A DNA stretch of 64,000 bases from the human T2T-CHM13v2.0 reference genome, Homo sapiens: NCBI RefSeq assembly GCF_009914755.1, contig NC_060939.1. One strand, 5' to 3'. A model generated the notes under the pieces. That model was not told the DNA's origin, made no database searches, and saw only the letters and a list, made by a program, of their open reading frames with translations. This document shows positions 1 through 10,600 of the stretch, in pieces. Each line of letters begins with the position of its first letter. Position 1 is the first letter of the stretch. A program made the translations under genes and the position numbers.

Positions 1-79
1 GAATGTTCAACTAGGTGACTTGAATGCAAACATCACAAAGCAGTTTCTGAGAATGCTGCTGTCTACTTTCTATTTGTAA

Positions 80-96
80 TCCCGTTTCCAACGAAA
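80..96 (-). promoter_or_regulatory. CENP-B box 1 of 8 per 15-mer (TTTCGTTGGAAACGGGA on minus strand)
   Basis: + strand reads TCCCGTTTCCAACGAAA, the reverse complement of consensus YTTCGTTGGAARCGGGA. Recurs in every HOR unit. Confidence 0.97.
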
Positions 97-250
97 TCCT
101 CAGAACTATCGAAATTTCCAATTGCAGATTCCACAGAAACAGGGTTTCAAAGCTGCTCTGTAAAAAGAAAGGTTCAACTCTGTTAGTTGAATACACACGT
201 CACAAACAAGTTTCTGAGAATGCTTCTGTCTAGTTTTTATGGGAAGATAT

Positions 251-267
251 TTCCTTTTTCACCGTAG
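251..267 (+). promoter_or_regulatory. pJalpha box of A-type monomer (example)
   Basis: TTCCTTTTTCACCGTAG matches TTCCTTTTYCACCRTAG. It lies 171 bp from the CENP-B box at 80, at the homologous monomer position. Confidence 0.85.
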
Positions 268-421
268 GCCTCAAAGCGCTCCAAATGTCCACGTCCACAT
301 ACTACAAAAAGAGTGTTTCAAACCTGCTGTATGAAAGGGAATGTTCAACTCTATGAGTTGAATGCAAACATTACAAAGAAGTTTCTGAGAATGCTTCTGT
401 CTAGATTTTATATGAAGGTTT

Positions 422-438
422 TCCCGTTTCCAACGAAA
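422..438 (-). promoter_or_regulatory. CENP-B box 2
   Basis: TCCCGTTTCCAACGAAA on + strand, 342 bp after box 1. Confidence 0.97.
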
Positions 439-759
439 TTTTCAATGCTCTCAAAATATCCACTTGTAGATTCTACAAAAAGAGTGTTTCCAAACTGCTG
501 TGTCAAAAGAAAGGTTCAACTCTGTTAGTTGAGGACACACATCACAAATAAGTTTCTGAGAATGCTTCTGTCTAGTTCTTATTTGAAGACATTTCCTTTC
601 TCACCTTAGGCCTGAAAACGCTCGAAATATCCACTTCCAGATACGACAGAAACAGTGATTCAAACCTGCTCTATGAAAGGGAATGTTCAACTAGGTGACT
701 TGAATGCAAACATCACAAAGCAGTTTCTGAGAATGCTGCTGTCTACTTTCTATTTGTAA

Positions 760-776
760 TCCCGTTTCCAACGAAA
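760..776 (-). promoter_or_regulatory. CENP-B box 3
   Basis: TCCCGTTTCCAACGAAA, 338 bp after box 2. This monomer is 4 bp short just before the box (GTCTACTTTCTATTTGTAATCCCG). Confidence 0.97.
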
Positions 777-1101
777 TCCTCAGAACTATCGAAATTTCCA
801 ATTGCAGATTCCACAAAAAGCGTGTTTCAAAGCTGCTCTGTAAAAAGAAAGGTTCAACTCTGTTAGTTGAATACACACGTCACAAACAAGTTTCTGAGAA
901 TGCTTCTGTCTAGTTTTTATGGGAAGATATTTCCTTTTTCACCGTAGGCCTCAAAGCGCTCCAAATGTCCACTTCCACATACTACAAAAAGAGTGTTTCA
1001 AACCTGCTCTATGATAGGGAATGTTGAAACCTATGAGTTGAATGCAAGCATTACAAAGAGGTTTCTGAGAATGCTTCTGTCTAGATTTTATATGTAGATA
1101 T

Positions 1102-1118
1102 TCCCGTTTCCAACGAAA
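1102..1118 (-). promoter_or_regulatory. CENP-B box 4 (first of the adjacent B-B monomer pair)
   Basis: TCCCGTTTCCAACGAAA, 342 bp after box 3. Confidence 0.97.
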
Positions 1119-1272
1119 TCCTCAAAGCTATCCAAATATCAACTTGCAGATTCTACAAAAGGAATGTTTCCAAAATGCTGTATCCAAACAAAGGTTCAAC
1201 TCTGTGAATTGAGGGCATACATCACAAAGAAGATTCTGAGAATGCTTCTGTCTAGATTTTATATGAAAATAT

Positions 1273-1289
1273 TCCCGTTTCCAACGAAA
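1273..1289 (-). promoter_or_regulatory. CENP-B box 5 (second of the adjacent B-B monomer pair)
   Basis: TCCCGTTTCCAACGAAA, only 171 bp after box 4. Confidence 0.97.
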
Positions 1290-1614
1290 TCCTCAAAGCT
1301 ATCCAAATATCCACTTGCAAATGCCACAAAAAGAGTGTTTCCAAACTGCTCTGTGAAAAGGAAGGTTCAACTCTGTTAGTTGAGTACACACATCACAAAG
1401 AGGTTTCTGAGAATGCTGCTGACTAGTTTTTATTTGAAGATATTTCCCTTTTCACCTTAGGCCTAAGAGTGCTCGAAATGTCCATTTCCACATACTCCAC
1501 AAAGTGTGTTTCAAACGTGCTGTATGAAAGGGAATGTTCAACTCTATGAGTTGAATGCAAACATCACAAAGAAGACTCTGAGAATGCTTTTGTCTAGATT
1601 TTATATGAAGATAT

Positions 1615-1631
1615 TCCCGTGTCCAACGAAA
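1615..1631 (-). promoter_or_regulatory. CENP-B box 6, variant (TTTCGTTGGACACGGGA) retaining the 9 core positions
   Basis: + strand reads TCCCGTGTCCAACGAAA; the reverse complement still fits NTTCGNNNNANNCGGGN. Confidence 0.9.
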
Positions 1632-1956
1632 TTTTCAAAGGTCTCCAAATATCCATTTGTAGATTCTACAAAAAGAGTGTTTCCAAACTGCTGTATCAAA
1701 ACAAAGGTTGAACTCTGTGAGTTGAGGACACACATCACAAATAAGTTTCTGAGAATGCTTCTGTCTAGTTTTTATTTGAAGATGTTTCCTTTTTCACCAT
1801 AGGCCTGAAAGCGCTCGAAATGTCCACTTCCAGATAGTACAGAAAGAGTGTTTCAAACCTGCTCTATGAACGGGAATGTTCAGCTCTGTGAGTTGAATGC
1901 AAACATCACAAAGCAGGTTCTGAGAATGCTTCCGTCTAGATTTTAAATGAGGATAT

Positions 1957-1973
1957 TCCCGTTTCCAACGAAA
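1957..1973 (-). promoter_or_regulatory. CENP-B box 7
   Basis: TCCCGTTTCCAACGAAA, 342 bp after box 6. Confidence 0.97.
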
Positions 1974-2199
1974 TCCTCGAAGCTATCCAAATATCCACTT
2001 GCAGATTCCACAAAAAGAGTGTTTCAAAACTGCTCTGTCAAAAGATAGGTTCAACTCTGTTAGTTGAGTACACACATGGCAAACAAGATTGCGAGAATGC
2101 TTTCGTCTAGTTTTTTTGGGAAGATATTTCCTTCTTCACCATAGGCCTCAAAGCGCTCCAAATATCCATTTCCACATGCTATACAAAGAGTGTCTCAAA

Positions 2200-3560
2200 C
2201 CTGCTGTATGAATGGGAATGTTCAACTCTATGAGTTGAATGCAAACATCACAAAGAAGTTTCTGAGAATGCTGCTGTCTAGATTTTATATGAAGGTTTTC
2301 CCGCTTCCAACGAAATTTTCAATGCTCTCAAAATATCCTCTTGTAGATTCTACAAAAAGAGTGTTTCCAAACTGCTGTATCAAAACAAAGGTTCATCTCT
2401 GTTAGTTGAGGACACACATCACAAATAAGTTTCTGAGAATGCTTCTGTCTAGTTCTTATTTGAAGACATTTCCTTTCTCACCTTAGGCCTGAAAGCGCTC
2501 GAAATACCCACTTCCAGATACTACAGAAACAGTGATTCAAACCTGCTCTATGAAAGGGAATGTTCAACTAGGTGACTTGAATGCAAACATCACAAAGCAG
2601 TTTCTGAGAATGCTGCTGTCTACTTTCTATTTGTAATCCCGTTTCCAACGAAATCCTCAGAACTATCGAAATTTCCAATTGCAGATTCCACAGAAACAGG
2701 GTTTCAAAGCTGCTCTGTAAAAAGAAAGGTTCAACTCTGTTAGTTGAATACACACGTCACAAACAAGTTTCTGAGAATGCTTCTGTCTAGTTTTTATGGG
2801 AAGATATTTCCTTTTTCACCGTAGGCCTCAAAGCGCTCCAAATGTCCACGTCCACATACTACAAAAAGAGTGTTTCAAACCTGCTGTATGAAAGGGAATG
2901 TTCAACTCTATGAGTTGAATGCAAACATTACAAAGAAGTTTCTGAGAATGCTTCTGTCTAGATTTTATATGAAGGTTTTCCCGTTTCCAACGAAATTTTC
3001 AATGCTCTCAAAATATCCACTTGTAGATTCTACAAAAAGAGTGTTTCCAAACTGCTGTGTCAAAAGAAAGGTTCAACTCTGTTAGTTGAGGACACACATC
3101 ACAAATAAGTTTCTGAGAATGCTTCTGTCTAGTTCTTATTTGAAGACATTTCCTTTCTCACCTTAGGCCTGAAAACGCTCGAAATATCCACTTCCAGATA
3201 CGACAGAAACAGTGATTCAAACCTGCTCTATGAAAGGGAATGTTCAACTAGGTGACTTGAATGCAAACATCACAAAGCAGTTTCTGAGAATGCTGCTGTC
3301 TACTTTCTATTTGTAATCCCGTTTCCAACGAAATCCTCAGAACTATCGAAATTTCCAATTGCAGATTCCACAAAAAGCGTGTTTCAAAGCTGCTCTGTAA
3401 AAAGAAAGGTTCAACTCTGTTAGTTGAATACACACGTCACAAACAAGTTTCTGAGAATGCTTCTGTCTAGTTTTTATGGGAAGATATTTCCTTTTTCACC
3501 GTAGGCCTCAAAGCGCTCCAAATGTCCACTTCCACATACTACAAAAAGAGTGTTTCAAAC
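2200..3560. repeat. Internal ~680-bp tetramer duplication within the 15-mer (two copies, approximate ends)
   Basis: Paralogous ORFs are 680 bp apart (2190/2870; 2568/3248). I counted about 16 mismatches by eye between the copies, far closer than other monomer pairs. Confidence 0.92.
2299..2315 (-). promoter_or_regulatory. CENP-B box 8 (TTTCGTTGGAAGCGGGA)
   Basis: + strand reads TCCCGCTTCCAACGAAA (R=G form of the consensus). The next box is at 2637, 338 bp later. Confidence 0.97.
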
Positions 3561-5114
3561 CTGCTCTATGATAGGGAATGTTGAAACCTATGAGTTGAAT
3601 GCAAGCATTACAAAGAGGTTTCTGAGAATGCTTCTGTCTAGATTTTATATGTAGATATTCCCGTTTCCAACGAAATCCTCAAAGCTATCCAAATATCAAC
3701 TTGCAGATTCTACAAAAGGAATGTTTCCAAAATGCTGTATCCAAACAAAGGTTCAACTCTGTGAATTGAGGGCATACATCACAAAGAAGATTCTGAGAAT
3801 GCTTCTGTCTAGATTTTATATGAAAATATTCCCGTTTCCAACGAAATCCTCAAAGCTATCCAAATATCCACTTGCAAATGCCACAAAAAGAGTGTTTCCA
3901 AACTGCTCTGTGAAAAGGAAGGTTCAACTCTGTTAGTTGAGTACACACATCACAAAGAGGTTTCTGAGAATGCTGCTGACTAGTTTTTATTTGAAGATAT
4001 TTCCCTTTTCACCTTAGGCCTAAGAGTGCTCGAAATGTCCATTTCCACATACTCCACAAAGTGTGTTTCAAACGTGCTGTATGAAAGGGAATGTTCAACT
4101 CTATGAGTTGAATGCAAACATCACAAAGAAGACTCTGAGAATGCTTTTGTCTAGATTTTATATGAAGATATTCCCGTGTCCAACGAAATTTTCAAAGGTC
4201 TCCAAATATCCATTTGTAGATTCTACAAAAAGAGTGTTTCCAAACTGCTGTATCAAAACAAAGGTTGAACTCTGTGAGTTGAGGACACACATCACAAATA
4301 AGTTTCTGAGAATGCTTCTGTCTAGTTTTTATTTGAAGATGTTTCCTTTTTCACCATAGGCCTGAAAGCGCTCGAAATGTCCACTTCCAGATAGTACAGA
4401 AAGAGTGTTTCAAACCTGCTCTATGAACGGGAATGTTCAGCTCTGTGAGTTGAATGCAAACATCACAAAGCAGGTTCTGAGAATGCTTCCGTCTAGATTT
4501 TAAATGAGGATATTCCCGTTTCCAACGAAATCCTCGAAGCTATCCAAATATCCACTTGCAGATTCCACAAAAAGAGTGTTTCAAAACTGCTCTGTCAAAA
4601 GATAGGTTCAACTCTGTTAGTTGAGTACACACATGGCAAACAAGATTGCGAGAATGCTTTCGTCTAGTTTTTTTGGGAAGATATTTCCTTCTTCACCATA
4701 GGCCTCAAAGCGCTCCAAATATCCATTTCCACATGCTATACAAAGAGTGTCTCAAACCTGCTGTATGAATGGGAATGTTCAACTCTATGAGTTGAATGCA
4801 AACATCACAAAGAAGTTTCTGAGAATGCTGCTGTCTAGATTTTATATGAAGGTTTTCCCGCTTCCAACGAAATTTTCAATGCTCTCAAAATATCCTCTTG
4901 TAGATTCTACAAAAAGAGTGTTTCCAAACTGCTGTATCAAAACAAAGGTTCATCTCTGTTAGTTGAGGACACACATCACAAATAAGTTTCTGAGAATGCT
5001 TCTGTCTAGTTCTTATTTGAAGACATTTCCTTTCTCACCTTAGGCCTGAAAGCGCTCGAAATACCCACTTCCAGATACTACAGAAACAGTGATTCAAACC
5101 TGCTCTATGAAAGG

Positions 5115-7667
5115 GAATGTTCAACTAGGTGACTTGAATGCAAACATCACAAAGCAGTTTCTGAGAATGCTGCTGTCTACTTTCTATTTGTAATCCCGTT
5201 TCCAACGAAATCCTCAGAACTATCGAAATTTCCAATTGCAGATTCCACAGAAACAGGGTTTCAAAGCTGCTCTGTAAAAAGAAAGGTTCAACTCTGTTAG
5301 TTGAATACACACGTCACAAACAAGTTTCTGAGAATGCTTCTGTCTAGTTTTTATGGGAAGATATTTCCTTTTTCACCGTAGGCCTCAAAGCGCTCCAAAT
5401 GTCCACGTCCACATACTACAAAAAGAGTGTTTCAAACCTGCTGTATGAAAGGGAATGTTCAACTCTATGAGTTGAATGCAAACATTACAAAGAAGTTTCT
5501 GAGAATGCTTCTGTCTAGATTTTATATGAAGGTTTTCCCGTTTCCAACGAAATTTTCAATGCTCTCAAAATATCCACTTGTAGATTCTACAAAAAGAGTG
5601 TTTCCAAACTGCTGTGTCAAAAGAAAGGTTCAACTCTGTTAGTTGAGGACACACATCACAAATAAGTTTCTGAGAATGCTTCTGTCTAGTTCTTATTTGA
5701 AGACATTTCCTTTCTCACCTTAGGCCTGAAAACGCTCGAAATATCCACTTCCAGATACGACAGAAACAGTGATTCAAACCTGCTCTATGAAAGGGAATGT
5801 TCAACTAGGTGACTTGAATGCAAACATCACAAAGCAGTTTCTGAGAATGCTGCTGTCTACTTTCTATTTGTAATCCCGTTTCCAACGAAATCCTCAGAAC
5901 TATCGAAATTTCCAATTGCAGATTCCACAAAAAGCGTGTTTCAAAGCTGCTCTGTAAAAAGAAAGGTTCAACTCTGTTAGTTGAATACACACGTCACAAA
6001 CAAGTTTCTGAGAATGCTTCTGTCTAGTTTTTATGGGAAGATATTTCCTTTTTCACCGTAGGCCTCAAAGCGCTCCAAATGTCCACTTCCACATACTACA
6101 AAAAGAGTGTTTCAAACCTGCTCTATGATAGGGAATGTTGAAACCTATGAGTTGAATGCAAGCATTACAAAGAGGTTTCTGAGAATGCTTCTGTCTAGAT
6201 TTTATATGTAGATATTCCCGTTTCCAACGAAATCCTCAAAGCTATCCAAATATCAACTTGCAGATTCTACAAAAGGAATGTTTCCAAAATGCTGTATCCA
6301 AACAAAGGTTCAACTCTGTGAATTGAGGGCATACATCACAAAGAAGATTCTGAGAATGCTTCTGTCTAGATTTTATATGAAAATATTCCCGTTTCCAACG
6401 AAATCCTCAAAGCTATCCAAATATCCACTTGCAAATGCCACAAAAAGAGTGTTTCCAAACTGCTCTGTGAAAAGGAAGGTTCAACTCAGTTGAGTACACA
6501 CATCACAAAGAGGTTTCTGAGAATGCTGCTGACTAGTTTTTATTTGAAGATATTTCCCTTTTCACCTTAGGCCTAAGAGTGCTCGAAATGTCCATTTCCA
6601 CATACTCCACAAAGTGTGTTTCAAACGTGCTGTATGAAAGGGAATGTTCAACTCTATGAGTTGAATGCAAACATCACAAAGAAGACTCTGAGAATGCTTT
6701 TGTCTAGATTTTATATGAAGATATTCCCGTGTCCAACGAAATTTTCAAAGGTCTCCAAATATCCATTTGTAGATTCTACAAAAAGAGTGTTTCCAAACTG
6801 CTGTATCAAAACAAAGGTTGAACTCTGTGAGTTGAGGACACACATCACAAATAAGTTTCTGAGAATGCTTCTGTCTAGTTTTTATTTGAAGATGTTTCCT
6901 TTTTCACCATAGGCCTGAAAGCGCTCGAAATGTCCACTTCCAGATAGTACAGAAAGAGTGTTTCAAACCTGCTCTATGAACGGGAATGTTCAGCTCTGTG
7001 AGTTGAATGCAAACATCACAAAGCAGGTTCCGAGAATGCTTCCGTCTAGATTTTAAATGAGGATATTCCCGTTTCCAACGAAATCCTCGAAGCTATCCAA
7101 ATATCCACTTGCAGATTCCACAAAAAGAGTGTTTCAAAACTGCTCTGTCAAAAGATAGGTTCAACTCTGTTAGTTGAGTACACACATGGCAAACAAGATT
7201 GCGAGAATGCTTTCGTCTAGTTTTTTTGGGAAGATATTTCCTTCTTCACCATAGGCCTCAAAGCGCTCCAAATATCCATTTCCACATGCTATACAAAGAG
7301 TGTCTCAAACCTGCTGTATGAATGGGAATGTTCAACTCTATGAGTTGAATGCAAACATCACAAAGAAGTTTCTGAGAATGCTGCTGTCTAGATTTTATAT
7401 GAAGGTTTTCCCGCTTCCAACGAAATTTTCAATGCTCTCAAAATATCCTCTTGTAGATTCTACAAAAAGAGTGTTTCCAAACTGCTGTATCAAAACAAAG
7501 GTTCATCTCTGTTAGTTGAGGACACACATCACAAATAAGTTTCTGAGAATGCTTCTGTCTAGTTCTTATTTGAAGACATTTCCTTTCTCACCTTAGGCCT
7601 GAAAGCGCTCGAAATACCCACTTCCAGATACTACAGAAACAGTGATTCAAACCTGCTCTATGAAAGG
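5115..7667. repeat. 15-mer HOR with private 4-bp deletion (2553 bp)
   Basis: TCAACTC^AGTTGAG at 6481-6494 versus canonical TCAACTCTGTTAGTTGAG; TGTT is missing after 6487. Unit spacing is 2553. Confidence 0.95.
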
Positions 7668-10600
7668 GAATGTTCAACTAGGTGACTTGAATGCAAACAT
7701 CACAAAGCAGTTTCTGAGAATGCTGCTGTCTACTTTCTATTTGTAATCCCGTTTCCAACGAAATCCTCAGAACTATCGAAATTTCCAATTGCAGATTCCA
7801 CAGAAACAGGGTTTCAAAGCTGCTCTGTAAAAAGAAAGGTTCAACTCTGTTAGTTGAATACACACGTCACAAACAAGTTTCTGAGAATGCTTCTGTCTAG
7901 TTTTTATGGGAAGATATTTCCTTTTTCACCGTAGGCCTCAAAGCGCTCCAAATGTCCACGTCCACATACTACAAAAAGAGTGTTTCAAACCTGCTGTATG
8001 AAAGGGAATGTTCAACTCTATGAGTTGAATGCAAACATTACAAAGAAGTTTCTGAGAATGCTTCTGTCTAGATTTTATATGAAGGTTTTCCCGTTTCCAA
8101 CGAAATTTTCAATGCTCTCAAAATATCCACTTGTAGATTCTACAAAAAGAGTGTTTCCAAACTGCTGTGTCAAAAGAAAGGTTCAACTCTGTTAGTTGAG
8201 GACACACATCACAAATAAGTTTCTGAGAATGCTTCTGTCTAGTTCTTATTTGAAGACATTTCCTTTCTCACCTTAGGCCTGAAAACGCTCGAAATATCCA
8301 CTTCCAGATACGACAGAAACAGTGATTCAAACCTGCTCTATGAAAGGGAATGTTCAACTAGGTGACTTGAATGCAAACATCACAAAGCAGTTTCTGAGAA
8401 TGCTGCTGTCTACTTTCTATTTGTAATCCCGTTTCCAACGAAATCCTCAGAACTATCGAAATTTCCAATTGCAGATTCCACAAAAAGCGTGTTTCAAAGC
8501 TGCTCTGTAAAAAGAAAGGTTCAACTCTGTTAGTTGAATACACACGTCACAAACAAGTTTCTGAGAATGCTTCTGTCTAGTTTTTATGGGAAGATATTTC
8601 CTTTTTCACCGTAGGCCTCAAAGCGCTCCAAATGTCCACTTCCACATACTACAAAAAGAGTGTTTCAAACCTGCTCTATGATAGGGAATGTTGAAACCTA
8701 TGAGTTGAATGCAAGCATTACAAAGAGGTTTCTGAGAATGCTTCTGTCTAGATTTTATATGTAGATATTCCCGTTTCCAACGAAATCCTCAAAGCTATCC
8801 AAATATCAACTTGCAGATTCTACAAAAGGAATGTTTCCAAAATGCTGTATCCAAACAAAGGTTCAACTCTGTGAATTGAGGGCATACATCACAAAGAAGA
8901 TTCTGAGAATGCTTCTGTCTAGATTTTATATGAAAATATTCCCGTTTCCAACGAAATCCTCAAAGCTATCCAAATATCCACTTGCAAATGCCACAAAAAG
9001 AGTGTTTCCAAACTGCTCTGTGAAAAGGAAGGTTCAACTCTGTTAGTTGAGTACACACATCACAAAGAGGTTTCTGAGAATGCTGCTGACTAGTTTTTAT
9101 TTGAAGATATTTCCCTTTTCACCTTAGGCCTAAGAGTGCTCGAAATGTCCATTTCCACATACTCCACAAAGTGTGTTTCAAACGTGCTGTATGAAAGGGA
9201 ATGTTCAACTCTATGAGTTGAATGCAAACATCACAAAGAAGACTCTGAGAATGCTTTTGTCTAGATTTTATATGAAGATATTCCCGTGTCCAACGAAATT
9301 TTCAAAGGTCTCCAAATATCCATTTGTAGATTCTACAAAAAGAGTGTTTCCAAACTGCTGTATCAAAACAAAGGTTGAACTCTGTGAGTTGAGGACACAC
9401 ATCACAAATAAGTTTCTGAGAATGCTTCTGTCTAGTTTTTATTTGAAGATGTTTCCTTTTTCACCATAGGCCTGAAAGCGCTCGAAATGTCCACTTCCAG
9501 ATAGTACAGAAAGAGTGTTTCAAACCTGCTCTATGAACGGGAATGTTCAGCTCTGTGAGTTGAATGCAAACATCACAAAGCAGGTTCCGAGAATGCTTCC
9601 GTCTAGATTTTAAATGAGGATATTCCCGTTTCCAACGAAATCCTCGAAGCTATCCAAATATCCACTTGCAGATTCCACAAAAAGAGTGTTTCAAAACTGC
9701 TCTGTCAAAAGATAGGTTCAACTCTGTTAGTTGAGTACACACATGGCAAACAAGATTGCGAGAATGCTTTCGTCTAGTTTTTTTGGGAAGATATTTCCTT
9801 CTTCACCATAGGCCTCAAAGCGCTCCAAATATCCATTTCCACATGCTATACAAAGAGTGTCTCAAACCTGCTGTATGAATGGGAATGTTCAACTCTATGA
9901 GTTGAATGCAAACATCACAAAGAAGTTTCTGAGAATGCTGCTGTCTAGATTTTATATGAAGGTTTTCCCGCTTCCAACGAAATTTTCAATGCTCTCAAAA
10001 TATCCTCTTGTAGATTCTACAAAAAGAGTGTTTCCAAACTGCTGTATCAAAACAAAGGTTCATCTCTGTTAGTTGAGGACACACATCACAAATAAGTTTC
10101 TGAGAATGCTTCTGTCTAGTTCTTATTTGAAGACATTTCCTTTCTCACCTTAGGCCTGAAAGCGCTCGAAATACCCACTTCCAGATACTACAGAAACAGT
10201 GATTCAAACCTGCTCTATGAAAGGGAATGTTCAACTAGGTGACTTGAATGCAAACATCACAAAGCAGTTTCTGAGAATGCTGCTGTCTACTTTCTATTTG
10301 TAATCCCGTTTCCAACGAAATCCTCAGAACTATCGAAATTTCCAATTGCAGATTCCACAGAAACAGGGTTTCAAAGCTGCTCTGTAAAAAGAAAGGTTCA
10401 ACTCTGTTAGTTGAATACACACGTCACAAACAAGTTTCTGAGAATGCTTCTGTCTAGTTTTTATGGGAAGATATTTCCTTTTTCACCGTAGGCCTCAAAG
10501 CGCTCCAAATGTCCACGTCCACATACTACAAAAAGAGTGTTTCAAACCTGCTGTATGAAAGGGAATGTTCAACTCTATGAGTTGAATGCAAACATTACAA

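Larger units (their letters stand above)
1..2557. repeat. Canonical 15-mer HOR unit (reference copy, arbitrary phase)
   Basis: The sequence at 1 recurs at 2558. 2557 = 13x171 + 2x167. Unit starts: 1, 2558, 5115, 7668, 10225, 12782, 15339, 17216, 19435, 21992, 24549, 27106, 30005, 32562, 35119, 37676, 40233, 42790, 45347, 47904, 50461, 53018, 55575, 58132, 60689, 63246 (partial). Confidence 0.97.

Noticed and set aside
45-53. TTCTGAGAA in most monomers matches the STAT GAS motif TTCN3GAA and is a short dyad
   Set aside because: It is a generic alpha-satellite consensus segment; a motif match alone gives no evidence of binding or regulation.
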